NCBI GenBank assembly: GCA_043228905.1
Contig: JBHGNT010000001.1
Coordinates: 36,518,001 to 36,582,000, forward strand
DNA length: 64,000 nucleotides
Reading direction: 5' to 3'
Origin: Azolla caroliniana
Lineage: Eukaryota; Plantae; Polypodiophyta
Numbering within the stretch: position 1 is the first letter of the stretch; each line of letters begins with the position of its first letter. Of the stretch, positions 52,693-64,000 are shown one piece after another. The notes beneath the pieces are model-generated. The model made no database searches. It was not told the DNA's origin and worked only from the letters and a program-made list of their open reading frames with translations. The position numbers were made by a program, and so were the translations under genes.

Positions 52693-53054
52693 CAGTTCTA
52701 TGACCTAGTAAGAAAAACTCAGATAATAAATACATCAGGAAGAGGGCAAAAAGCAATCCTCTTGGTGATGGTGATGGTGATGGTGATTGGTTGCAGTGAC
52801 AGCGTTTCTGATGGCAATGAAGATAATAATGATGTTAGAGAGATTTCATTCATAATTGTTGCCCTGCCAACACGCGGAAGGTCTGAGACACCAAGCAAAG
52901 AAAAATCAGTGTTCTCTGACATGATATAGACATCATTTCATGTCAGAGGGGCCGATAAGTTGAAACCCCACAGTTAACTACAGAAAACTGTGTAGCTTTT
53001 CAGCTATTGTAATGTGGTCTTTTCTGATAATGGAGACGATGATCAATTAGGTGA

Positions 53055-53144
53055 CCATCACCATCACCATCACCATCACCATCAACATCAACATCAACAT
53101 CAACATCAACATCAACATCAACATCAACATCAACATCAACATCA
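53055..53144. repeat. Compound hexamer microsatellite (CACCAT)n(CAACAT)n
   Basis: Read directly; lies in the presumed first intron of the DHNA gene. Confidence 0.95.
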
Positions 53145-54223
53145 AGAAAGAAGAAGACAGAAGAAAAGAAAGGAGAAACTTACCAGGAGAATACGATGGA
53201 GGCGGAGGCGAGAAGAAGCAGGCACGTAAGAAGAAGAAGATGAGGAGGCAGAGCACTCTCTGCCTCTCACTCTCTATACATACATATACATACACACACA
53301 GATATGATATTATGTACAAGTTACAACATACATATATATTTCATTAGTTAAGGAAAGCTTGGAGTACGGTGAGTATTGTGGGGGATTGAGACCATGGGTC
53401 CTTCTAGCAACCCACACTCACCGGAGCTAAATGGTTCTAAAAGCTCTTTTTTGGAGGAGAGTGGAGGGAGGCACAAAGTATGAACATGGGCTTAGTGGGT
53501 GAATAAATTGATGATGCTTGAGTTGGTATGATGAAACATGTCTTCTTGTTGTGTTGTTGGTGGATTAATCCTAATATGGGGAAAAAAGGTTTGAAATACC
53601 CTCCGAATTTCCCTCGTTCCTAACATTTTTGTTGTTTCTTTGAACACCCTTGGCTCATTTGGCCAATCCATCACAGGTTTTTCTTCTCAACTCATATTAG
53701 CTATTTGGCCACTTCATCCCCTTTCACATCTCACACTTTTGGAACAGATTGAATATATATTTATTAGTTTCAAGCAACAATTTTAGATTAAAAATAAAAA
53801 ATGATTTCCATGAATAGATAGCACTTATATTTCCATATACTTCTATGATCGATAAGCCTGCCTGAAACAAGTGAATCACTACATCAAAATCTTCAAGATG
53901 CATCACGATTGGGTTTTGACCTCGATGAAGAATTATCACAAAAAAACAATGGGCGGCTATGACGGATGTTTTCCCAACAAAACATATTCGGATGACGTTT
54001 CAATATACATAATCGAGCATATTGAAACTACTAGATAAGGATTGTAGATCGCAGAGTTTCGGTTACCTCCGGTAATTGAGAATATGGGAAAATAAAGAAA
54101 AGAAGGGGGAATATGGAAATTTTCTTACCAAATGAGACGATTTTTATTAGTTGAGTCTAGGCGGATCAATCATATCAAAACACACTATTGAGAAAAACTC
54201 ATGTGAAGGAGGAGAAACAGAAC

Positions 54224-56692
54224 ATGATGGAAGTACAGGGACCTCTGAGCCTCTCAATCATCACTCCACTCACGAAAGAAAGCCATTCTCTCCCTGTTCC
54301 TTTCTTTGGATCAATCCAAGAAGAAGAAGATGAAGACGAAGACGATGATGATAATAAAGCAGATGCAGAACAGAGTAAGATCGCTAAGAAGGCCAAAAAA
54401 GCACATAGTGATGCCTCTCTGGTTGCATCACTGAAGGCTTGTACTCAACAAAAAGACCTTGCAAAAGGTATCAAAATCCATGCTCATACCATCGAGCGAG
54501 GTCTGTTTAGAAACAATCATTATATCACTAGCGCTATAGTAAATATGTATGCCAAATGTGGTGCACTTTTGAAGGCGCAGGAAACTTTTGATGGGATATC
54601 GTCTCGTAATACAGTGTTATGGACTTCTCTCATTGCTGGATATGCTCAACATGGCTGTGGTGAAGAAGCTCTCACGTGCTTTGAATGTATGCAAGAGGAA
54701 GGTTTTCTTCCCGATACGGTCACGTTTCTCTCTATTTTGCGAGCATGTGGTAGCTTAGGATATGCTCATAAAGGGAAGAGAATACATGCTTTGATTGTCA
54801 AAAAGGATGGTATTTTGGACAAAAATGTCATAATTGGGAATGCTTTGGTGGATATGTATGTGAAATGTGGATCGATGAAAATGGCACGAGAAGTGTTTGA
54901 TGAGATTCCATTTAGAGATACTATTCTATGGACCACACTAATAGCAGGATATGCTCAACATGGGCTTGGTCTGGATGCATTCAAATGTTTTGAAGAGATG
55001 CAATGTGAGGGGTTTTCTCCCAATGCAGCCACTTATGTTTGTGTATTAAAGGCATGTAGTATCATGAAATTAGGTGCTGAAAAAGGCCGCGAAATACATA
55101 GAGAGATTGTAAAGGATGGTCTTCTTGGAAAAAATGCTTTGGTTGGAAATTCATTGATTGATATGTATGCAAAACATGGCTTTTTAGAAGAAGCTCGAGA
55201 AGTGTTTGAACAGATTGTTTTCTGGGATGTATGCTTGTGGAATACGCTAATCGCTGGATATGCTCAACATGGATACAATGAAGCAGCATTGAGTTGTTTT
55301 GAAGAGATGCAACAAAGGGGGGTTTCTCCAGATCCTACAACTTTTATCTGTATTTTGAAAGTGTGCGGTGCTGCTGGATGGGTCAAGAAGGGTCAAGAAA
55401 TACATTCTAGAATGATGAAAGAAGGGTTTGTACAAAAGAAGGATTTAATGCTGGCAAATGCAGTAGTGGACATGTATGCCAAATGTGGTGCATTTTCAAA
55501 AGCACGAGAAGTATTTGATGAACTCCCAAATCGTAATGTGATCACATGGAATGCATTAATGACAGGATATAATCGGCATGGACATGGCAAGGAAGCATTG
55601 GAATGTTTTGAGCAATTGGTGCAAGAGGGTCTATCTGCAAATGAAACTTCTTATGTTTGCATATTAAAGGCTTGCACTAGCATAGGTGATATTGACAAGG
55701 GGCAAGAAATATATTTAGAAGTTGTGAGGAAAGGTCTTTTGAAAAAGAATATCTTAATTTCCAATGCAATAGTGGATATGCTTGTAAAATGTGGTGCACT
55801 CGTAAAAGCACAAGAGATCTTTGATGAGCTTCCAAGACAAGATGTCATATTGTGGACAACATTAATTTCAGGGTATGCTCAACATGGGTATTATGAGGAA
55901 GCTCTGGATTGTTTCGAAAGGATGCAACACGAGGGTATTTCTCCCAATACAATCACAGTAAGTTGCATTTTGAAGGCATGTGGTGACATAGGTGCAGCTG
56001 CCAATGGCCAACTAATACATTCCAAGATTGTGATAGATGGGCTGGAAAAAGATGTTACTCTCAGTAATGCTTTGATTGATATGTATGCAAAATGCGGTAA
56101 ACTATCTGAAGCAAAAGAAGTGTTTTATGAGCTTCCTAGCCATGATATAGTATGCTGGACTCTCTTAATGACCGGATACTGCCAGCTTGGAAAGGACAAT
56201 CTTGTCTTTAGTGCATTCCATCAAATGATTGAAGGTGGTATAGTTCCGGACTTGATCATATTTTCTATTATACTTAATGCGTGTTGTCATTCTGGCCGAG
56301 TGATCGATGGCCAAATGTACTTCAATGCTATGAACAAAACATATGGCATTATTCCAACTTTAGAACATTATACTTGTATGGTCGATCTTTTTGCACGAGC
56401 TGGATTCTTTGAGCAGGCCATAAAAGTGATTGATAATATGCCATATTCTGTGGATCTTACAGTTTGGCATACTTTACTAGGTGCTTGTAGAGAATGGGGA
56501 AATGTGAATCTTGGAAGACTAGCCTTTGAAAATGCAACACAGTTGGATGGGCGGAATGCTGCAGCTTATTTATGTATGAGCAACATTTATGCAGCCGCTG
56601 GGATGCAAGAAGAGGCAAAAAAGGTCGAATCTATGAGATTGCAGAGAGGAGCAGAAACAAATAATTACGAGAAAATAGTTGTTTCGGCCTGA
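54224..56692 (+). CDS. PLS-class pentatricopeptide repeat protein, E subgroup (no DYW), intronless
   Basis: Repeated triplets (NALVDMYAKCG / WT.LIAGYAQHG / TF.CILKAC), then P.LEHYTCMVDLFARAG, VWHTLLGAC and AYLCMSNIYAAAG (E motifs). No HxE/CxxC DYW domain. First in-frame ATG is 54224; the track ORF starts at a TTG. Confidence 0.95.
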   Translation: MMEVQGPLSLSIITPLTKESHSLPVPFFGSIQEEEDEDEDDDDNKADAEQSKIAKKAKKAHSDASLVASLKACTQQKDLAKGIKIHAHTIERGLFRNNHYITSAIVNMYAKCGALLKAQETFDGISSRNTVLWTSLIAGYAQHGCGEEALTCFECMQEEGFLPDTVTFLSILRACGSLGYAHKGKRIHALIVKKDGILDKNVIIGNALVDMYVKCGSMKMAREVFDEIPFRDTILWTTLIAGYAQHGLGLDAFKCFEEMQCEGFSPNAATYVCVLKACSIMKLGAEKGREIHREIVKDGLLGKNALVGNSLIDMYAKHGFLEEAREVFEQIVFWDVCLWNTLIAGYAQHGYNEAALSCFEEMQQRGVSPDPTTFICILKVCGAAGWVKKGQEIHSRMMKEGFVQKKDLMLANAVVDMYAKCGAFSKAREVFDELPNRNVITWNALMTGYNRHGHGKEALECFEQLVQEGLSANETSYVCILKACTSIGDIDKGQEIYLEVVRKGLLKKNILISNAIVDMLVKCGALVKAQEIFDELPRQDVILWTTLISGYAQHGYYEEALDCFERMQHEGISPNTITVSCILKACGDIGAAANGQLIHSKIVIDGLEKDVTLSNALIDMYAKCGKLSEAKEVFYELPSHDIVCWTLLMTGYCQLGKDNLVFSAFHQMIEGGIVPDLIIFSIILNACCHSGRVIDGQMYFNAMNKTYGIIPTLEHYTCMVDLFARAGFFEQAIKVIDNMPYSVDLTVWHTLLGACREWGNVNLGRLAFENATQLDGRNAAAYLCMSNIYAAAGMQEEAKKVESMRLQRGAETNNYEKIVVSA

Positions 56693-57700
56693 CATTTAAT
56701 ACTGAGCTGAAGAAGTTTTATAGGTTGTGCCCTTTAGATACAATGACCGGAGCATTATTGAATGAAAACAATAAAATCCAAATGCATTGATTTCATATGA
56801 AGTGAGGAGGTTGACCGAGTAGCTTGAACCTGCTCCCCTCTCCTATCCACAAATGGCAGAGATGATTGACAGGAAAACAGTCATTGTTGAAAGAATACAC
56901 TTAAACCCAAAAATGGCAGTACTGGGGACGGGGGGTTGACCTGATGGTTTGGATCCTTCATGAATGAAGACCTATAGGTTTGGAGTTCAACTGCCATCTT
57001 TGTTGCCACAAATGTTTATCTAAGAGTGAGAAAAAGTTGTTCAGTGACTGAGTCTACTCTAGAAAAACATCAAAAGGCTGTTATCTAGCCTCCATTTGAA
57101 ATGATAAAGAAAGTGCCCAAATGATCATTTCCCTGCTGTGATGGGAACTTAAAAACAGTTTCCTCTCCAAAATCCACCTTCGTCAACACCAGAGAAAAAA
57201 TTAGTGGGATGAAGAGTCATCTCCTAGCAGGTACATAAAAAGAATGTTCAAATCTCAAAAAAATCCTCTCCTTGTATGAAGCAATGTAAAGTCAAAATTT
57301 AATCCTACAACTAGAAAATCACAAGTACACGTATAGGTAGAAGACATTTGAAGAAGCCATTCATAATAGAATGAGTGGATTTTAGAGAGTTTTTCTCGAG
57401 AACTAATATGACCATAAAACCATTACTACAAGAAAGAAGATAAGTAATAACAAGATCCCTACATAGTGGCACAACATTTGATCCACTCAAGATCTTGAGA
57501 GAGAGAGAGAGAGAGTGCCTAACATTGTAAGCGGTATAAAGGTAATGTTTATAAACCTTTGTACCCGCTCAAGTCAAAAAGGGATACAACTGTAATGTTG
57601 GTGAAAATATTAACCTTTTGAGTTTTTTTTTTCATTTTAAGATACTCCTTTGAGTTAAAACTTAACACACACACACACACACACTCTCTCTCTCTCTCTA

Positions 57701-59780
57701 GTAAAAGCACACAATTATATTAATTGTATATAAAATCCACTTAGTTACACCATTTCTTAGTCTCCTCTACCTATCATATGTCTATGTAATGCCATTAAAA
57801 ACCTTGAATATGCATTTGAGGAAATGATCCCCACATGTTCTAACATCCAAAAATTCCACATGAGAATACCTTTCAACTTCTTTATATAGGCTTATACCCC
57901 ATGTCTATTATCAAACATCAAAGCATTATGCATATTCCAATTGTGTTGTAGGCCCCAATAACGTAAAAATTGGAACATCATTTGAACCATTTTGAACAAG
58001 CAACAATGGGTTAAAACTTGCCAAATGTTCGATAAGTACTTCCAAATGGTACACGCTATAGGAAAATTTAATGAACCTATGTGTACTATCCTCTAATGGA
58101 ACGGTGCAAAAGAAACAAGTGCTAGACCCTAGTCCTCGTCTCTCTAAGGCCGAGCCTAATGGGAGCCCACCAATCATGACTTCCATTGAGTAATGACCAC
58201 CAGGATACTTGAATCTTTGTTTTCCCGTGCACCAATCCTTCATGCTCAATAAAATATTGCATCATAGATGTCCATGGTTGATCTTATTGACATATATATC
58301 GTAATAATGCAAATCTATGAGCCATCAAATGCATTTCCAAATCCAATATTGCTGCACCACCTAACCTTTTGGGAGTAGCCAAATGGTCCCATGAAATCCA
58401 TGTAACTCCCATCATTTCTCCCTTCCGCCACAACATGAACCGAATAGGTTGTAACATGTTTTGTAATGCCTTCTTAGTCCGAGGTAGTAAAGGTAAAAAA
58501 TATAATAACATGGGTATCAAGATACATTGCACCACTTTGAATCGTACATGAAAGGGCTATAATTGAGGCTTCCATAACATAAATTTGTTCTTCAATTTAC
58601 TACCAATCCAATCAATCAATTGAACATTTGCAACATCAACACCCAATGGATAACCCAAATGTCGATAAATGGATCCTTGTGGTATCACTGACCCGTGCCA
58701 TCCCAAACATTCCAAATCATTCTCTGTACAAGAAATAAGGCAAGACTTCCTCCAATTTATATACAACCTTGAAGCCACAGCAAATTGATCCCAAACTTGC
58801 ATACTCCTTTCAAGATTTTCTTTTGAGGCTTGTAAAAACATAAAAGAATCATCAGCCAATGCTTGTGCCACCAATTGTCCACCAAAAGGAAGATGCAAAC
58901 CCACAATATCACCACTAGCTGCAAGATTTGACAACATTACTAACAAAGGATGTATAACAATAACAAATAACAATGGGTTTAGTAGAGATCCTTGCCGCAC
59001 AGATATAGTAAGAAACAATTTTGGAGTAACTCCACCATTAAGCATCACACGTGAGGTTGCATTTTGCTCTAGCAAAAAGATAAGTCGACACATACGAAGA
59101 CCAAACCCCATATTATACATCACACCTTAGAGGAAAGACCAATTAACATGATCATATGCTTTTTCCAAATCTAATTACACTATAATGATTTCTTGATGGG
59201 TATGTCGAGCATAATCGGTAGCCATTTGAACATTCAAAACATTATGCAATATATTTCTACCTGCAATAAAACCATGTTGAGATGGATGAATAAATTGATG
59301 TAAGAATTTCTTAAGTCTGTTAGATAATATATTTGCAAACACTTTGTACAACCCTCCCATCAATGAAATAGGTCTCCATTGATGAAATGACTTCGGAGAT
59401 GGTACCTTTGGTATCAATTTGATTAAGCCCACCTTCCAACTTTCAGGCATGAAACCAGAATCTCAACATTGTTAAAACATTTGTGTGAATTGACTCTTAA
59501 GCATGCTAGCATACTTCTTAAAAACTTCATTTGTAATACCATCCCCACCAGGGCTTTTACCATTTGGAAGGTTTAACAATACCTTTTCCACCTCAACCTC
59601 ATCAAAATCATCATCCAATTCTTGACAAATATTTTTATTCACGACATACCCAATTACATTATAAAACTCTTGTCGTGCTTTCAACACATCCTCATTAATA
59701 ATCAACTCTGGCCCAATCAATTTCTTAAAATGAGTAGTACATAACTCAATAATCTTGATTGGGTCTACAACAATGTCATC
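57701..59780 (-). mobile_element. Degenerate LINE, subfamily B: reverse transcriptase plus zf-RVT, internally deleted and 5'-truncated
   Basis: KSPGGDGI, WKVGLIKLIPK..WRPISL, QHGFIAGRNI, DLEKAYDHV.W, SVRQG...PLLF, LADDS, RHLGYPLG, PKRLGGAAILD, CFFC..HRF, with frameshifts. Left flank is (AC)n(TC)n at 57665-57699. Confidence 0.93.
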
Positions 59781-59790
59781 CTCTGTGTGT

Positions 59791-60046
59791 GTGAAAACAC
59801 AATTATATTAATAAATGTTTGTGAAAAAAATACTACAATGGTACTACAATTAAGTGTGGTCATCACTACAAGGGTAGTGGGACATGTTGAATCACCAATA
59901 GGCAAGACACTCTACTAAGGAAAGAATTCTACTAGCTCCAACAAAGAAAATTGTCACATTGGTAGTCCCTTCAATTTTCGTAGATATGGTCTAACTACAT
60001 ACCTACCATCATCTTAAAAGAGCATTGTGCATGTTCCAATTATGAC
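59791..60046 (-). mobile_element. 3'-terminal fragment of the subfamily-A LINE, in tandem with the preceding element
   Basis: gtgaaaacacaattatattaataaatg...gggtagtgg.acatgttgaat..ccaataggcaagac...aaagaaaattgtcacatt matches 5897-6175. Preceded by ctctgtgtgt. Confidence 0.88.
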
Positions 60047-60453
60047 ACAAAACTTGGGGTCTGCAATATTAGTCATGCCCCATGTAAAGCTCAACCTCTC
60101 GAAGTTTACTATTTTGGGGGAACCCATGGCATCAACCAGCCACTTTGTGTCCAATATGTTGTCTTATTGTGGTTATCAATGATCAAAAGGTAGATAGGAG
60201 ACCATAGTCTCATTGTGAGCATCGGCGATCAAAGAGACACGCACACTATGATAGAATGTAAAGTTTAAGGTCGGAGCAAATTAAGCAAAATCTATGAGTA
60301 AAACGAGTGAAGTAGGAGTGGGACCAACAACACATTGAGCTTTCACTAGGGGCACGATTGCTCTATCAAATACAACAAAGGAAACAGAGGAAGGGGAGAG
60401 CTCAGGGGAGTACCATTTCTAATAAGCTTGTCTATCTATATATTCATGGTGAT

Positions 60454-62268
60454 ATGTACAATCCTCCTCATCCTCCTTCTTCGGCTCAAGAAGAGCTCAG
60501 AGGCCATGTCCTCTATCAAGCTCAGAGAGTTGAAGAAACTCTAAAGCTTGGAGAAGTAGCGAAACAGCCACCACAACAAGGCGTCAGAAAGAGAGACAAG
60601 AAAATTCACTATCAATTTCATGAAGAAAAGATAAAGCTCCAGGAAAACCATGTAAATGATTTCGCGCCATCTTCTCTGTCCACTTTATTGAAGACGTGTG
60701 CGAGGCTCAAAGACCTTAGCAAAGGAAGGAAAATCCACGATGAGGTTATCAAGAAGGGGTTTCTTGATAAGAGCGCCTATATTGGAAGCTCTTTAATAAA
60801 TATGTATGCTAAATGTGGTGCACTTTCTGAAGCTCGAAATGTATTTGATGAGTTCCCCTCACGAGATGTCGCCTTTTGGAATGCGATTATTGCCGGATAT
60901 TCACACCATGGACATGGTGAAGAAGCACTTAAGTGTTATGAAGAAATGCTATTGGATGGTTTTTTGCCCAATCCGATCACTTTTGTGTGTATATTGAAGG
61001 GTTGTGGAAGCATTGGAGCCATTGAAAAGGGTCGTGAAATACACGCAGAAATTGCGAAACAAGGATTGATTCACAAGAATGTCTTGGTTGCTAATGCTTT
61101 GTTGGATATGTATTCCAAATGTGGCGCACTTGTAAACGCACAAGAAGTGTTCGATGAGCTTTCAAGTCGAGATGTAATGCTATGGACAGCACTAATTGGG
61201 GGGTATGCTCAACATGGGCATGGAGAGAAAGCGTTAAACTGTTTTGTGCATATGGAGCATGAGGGTATTTGTCCAAATGCATCAACTTTTGTTTGCATTC
61301 TAAAAGCATGCGGTAGTATAGGAGCTTCTGATCGAGGCACGGAAATACATAAACGCATTGTGAAAGAAGGATTGCTAAAGAATAATATCCTTGTTGGCAA
61401 TGCAGTGGTGGATATGTATGCTAAATGTGGTCTAGTTGCAAAAGCAAAAGAAGTATTTGATGAACTCCCCATTCGGGATGTATTCTTATGGACCACTTTA
61501 ATCACAGGGTATGTGCAACATAATTATGATGAGGAAGCATTGAAGTGTTTTGAAAGCATGCGTTGTGAGGGTCTCTCTCCTGATGCAGCTACATTTGTGT
61601 GCATATTGAAGGCTTGTGGGAGCATAGGAGCAATTTCTAAAGGAAAAGAAATACATGCTGAGATTATCAAGAAGAAGCTACTAGAGAAAAATGTTATTAT
61701 TGGTACAGCTTTGGTGGATATGTATGCTAAATGTGGGGAGCTAATCAAAGCACAAGAGCTCTTTGACACTCTTTCAATTCGTAATGTAGTGTCCTGGACC
61801 GCAATAATTGCCGGGTATGCTCTACTTGGGATGGAGAATATTGTTTTTGGCCACTATACGAAAATGATAGAAGAAGGCGTAGTACCCAATTTGCTGACTC
61901 TGTCGAGTGTTCTTAATGTGTGCAGTCACTCGGGTATGCTTGTTGAAGCCCAAATGTGCTTTAATGCTATGTGTAACAACTTGGGCATTGATCCAACTTT
62001 GGAACATTATAATTGTATGATTGATCTTTATTGCCGGGCAGGCCGTTTTGACAAGGCTGTGGCAACGATGGAGAATATGCCATTTTCGGCAGACCAGAAA
62101 GTCTTGCATACCTTGTTGAGTGCTTGTCAGAGATGGGAAAATGTGAAACTTGGAAGAATAGCATTTGAACATGCAATACAATTGGATGAAAAGGATGCTA
62201 TAGCGTATGTATGTATGAGTAATATTTATGCAGCAGCTGAGTATAAAATGGAGGAAATTGTGAGGTAA
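60454..62268 (+). CDS. PLS-class PPR protein, E subgroup with shortened C-terminus (no DYW), intronless
   Basis: Same PLS triplets as the gene at 54224; ends AYVCMSNIYAAAEYKMEEIVR*. First in-frame ATG is 60454. Confidence 0.93.
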   Translation: MYNPPHPPSSAQEELRGHVLYQAQRVEETLKLGEVAKQPPQQGVRKRDKKIHYQFHEEKIKLQENHVNDFAPSSLSTLLKTCARLKDLSKGRKIHDEVIKKGFLDKSAYIGSSLINMYAKCGALSEARNVFDEFPSRDVAFWNAIIAGYSHHGHGEEALKCYEEMLLDGFLPNPITFVCILKGCGSIGAIEKGREIHAEIAKQGLIHKNVLVANALLDMYSKCGALVNAQEVFDELSSRDVMLWTALIGGYAQHGHGEKALNCFVHMEHEGICPNASTFVCILKACGSIGASDRGTEIHKRIVKEGLLKNNILVGNAVVDMYAKCGLVAKAKEVFDELPIRDVFLWTTLITGYVQHNYDEEALKCFESMRCEGLSPDAATFVCILKACGSIGAISKGKEIHAEIIKKKLLEKNVIIGTALVDMYAKCGELIKAQELFDTLSIRNVVSWTAIIAGYALLGMENIVFGHYTKMIEEGVVPNLLTLSSVLNVCSHSGMLVEAQMCFNAMCNNLGIDPTLEHYNCMIDLYCRAGRFDKAVATMENMPFSADQKVLHTLLSACQRWENVKLGRIAFEHAIQLDEKDAIAYVCMSNIYAAAEYKMEEIVR

Positions 62269-63365
62269 AACCCTAACTGAAATGGAACAATCTACTCAGT
62301 TGGGTCGGAGGATATTATAATATTCCAGAAACTCTTGCCTCCAATATGCTAAGCCAGATGTATGCATGGATCAAGGAAGCCTAAGATTATAGCAAGCAAC
62401 AAGATATTACATGGTAAAATCACAAATTCAAAAAATTGTCTATATATGCCCATTTCAAAGATTAATTGTGAATTAAACGCATGAACATCATGATATACTG
62501 GTAAAGCTTACACCACGAGTTCAAGCGGATACATCTTAAACCATGTTCCTCGTCAAACGCTTCAATATTACATTTCACCATATGCATGCTCGTTGGACAA
62601 AATAGTACTATAAAAATTTACAAATTGATCTAGGGAATAAGGCTCATCTACATTTAAACCTCCACCCCATTTGTATCCTCGGAGCTTGTGGTCGTCACTT
62701 TGTTATGTCAATTCATAGTGAATTGTGACCAAATCAATGAAGAATAATTAAAAGATTGGCGACAAGGATTTTCTATCTTCATATGAGATCATAAATTAAA
62801 GAGCCTTTCAAGTAACGAAGGAAAATATGCGCCTTTGCCATATAAAGGACTAACCATTGCTATACCCTTTAACTTAGGTTCACAAGAATTAGGAGCATGG
62901 TCTTGATTGACATGGTGGCAATTGCACAAAAGTAAATGTCGGTATCTTTCCATGGTACATTGTTGGACCATAATATTTCCAGGCGGACATAGACCAAAAC
63001 TCAGCCAAGTGGGATCGACTTATGCCCAACCAAAGAGGTATATCTTTCTCTACCTAATCAGTTCACCTTTGTTTCTGTTATGAACACCACCGTATTGCTT
63101 TTCGATACCCTTGGTTTGCGGATCATAATTTAGAAAGCCATAGTCTTAGTATTGCTAGTATTGTCTCGTTTTCAAATTTGGAAGTGATTTGTAAAGCCAC
63201 AGTTTTAGGAGCACGCAATTAGTGTGCATGAGATACTCATTGCTTGGATACCCAAGGCCTTCTGTTGGTGGTAGGTAGTGAGAGAAGGGCTTAGCCCATG
63301 CTAGAGGATTGAACTCGGGTTCTCTCAATTTTATGACTTGGAGGCTACCAAAACCAAGGGAAGGG

Positions 63366-63375
63366 GACACGTGGC
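63366..63375 (+). promoter_or_regulatory. G-box / ABRE (ACACGTGGC)
   Basis: gacacgtggc about 130 bp upstream of the LysM gene ATG. Confidence 0.5.
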
Positions 63376-63500
63376 AGTCGAAATGATGCTAAAAACATAT
63401 TACATCCATGCTATGCATACAAAGAAAAAGCTTGTGTTTTTTTGTTCATGCTCTTCTAGAGAAGAAAAACAGAGAACAGAACAGAGTGTGTGATATCTCT

Positions 63501-63692
63501 ATGGCCGGGCCCAGATCTGATAAGGATGGGATGGTTGCTAAGGCAGCAGGGCTTGTGGTGTTCGGGGGTGTGGCATGGAGCCTCTACAAGTCTGTGGCCC
63601 CAATGATCTTTCTCAACTCCAAGGTTCCCCACGGCCAACCCTACCACATCATTCAAGGAGACACGCTTTTCTCCATCGCTCGCAGCAATGGG
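63501..63692 (+). CDS. First exon of a small LysM-domain protein with an N-terminal hydrophobic segment; gene probably runs past the right edge
   Basis: AAGLVVFGGVAWSLY hydrophobic segment, then YHIIQGDTLFSIARSNG (first half of LysM), then a GT donor at 63693. Confidence 0.8.
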
Positions 63693-64000
63693 GTAAAATC
63701 ATACTCTTTCTTTCTCCTTTATCCCCTGTACCCGAGTGGTGGGGTATTAGGCTAATCAATGCAAGTTCATGGGCTCATCATATCTTTGCCACAGTGTATC
63801 CAATTAATGACCTCACGGTTTTGCTTCTTTCTCATGTGGGTTCATCAATTTACTGCTCTTTTTTCTTTGTAGAAAGTATTGAAGTCTTAAGAGATTCTCC
63901 CATTATCTTTTGTTTTTGGGTTGAGAAACTGGTGTTTTTTCCTGTCGTCCAAAACCAAGCATTTAGATCAATCAGGGCAATCTCTCTTCGTTCAATTGTT

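Noticed and set aside
52705-52853. Ser/Thr-rich N-terminal extension (MNEISLTSLLSS...) for DHNA
   Set aside because: Joining it in frame would need a 29-nt intron, which is implausibly short.
53014-53347. Poly-HQ, poly-IN and poly-ML ORFs
   Set aside because: Translations of hexamer microsatellites.
62269-62320. Relic PG-box or DYW sequence after the second PPR (SWVG)
   Set aside because: Too short, with no downstream HxE or CxxC motifs.

Overview
Eukaryotic land-plant nuclear DNA: GT-AG introns, abundant (TC)n/(CA)n/(TA)n microsatellites and intronless PLS-class PPR genes. The PPR style suggests a seed-free vascular plant, probably a fern, but this is inference. Genes reconstructed by hand from splice sites: the 5' part of an unknown gene (left edge), a DUF179/AlgH-family gene, an AGCVIII kinase, a SHORT-ROOT-like GRAS factor, an ATI3-like protein with a C-terminal WxxL motif, a 10-exon branched-chain aminotransferase, dihydroneopterin aldolase, two PLS-E PPR genes and the first exon of a LysM gene. 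Intergenic DNA holds LINE fragments, degenerate copia- and hAT-like remnants, tRNA-derived SINE-like elements, a full-length U6 pseudogene and many tandem duplications. Most notable: (1) a LINE family whose six copies share a hairpin-forming, poly(A)-less 3' terminus abutting (TC)n or (TG)n microsatellite sequence, suggesting microsatellite-targeted retrotransposition; (2) a back-to-back tRNA-SINE/U6 chimera joined at a microhomology; (3) an AGC kinase with acidic residues replacing the PDK1 site and no PIF tail; (4) an ATI3-like gene apparently outside dicots; (5) a satellite whose unit contains three hairpins.
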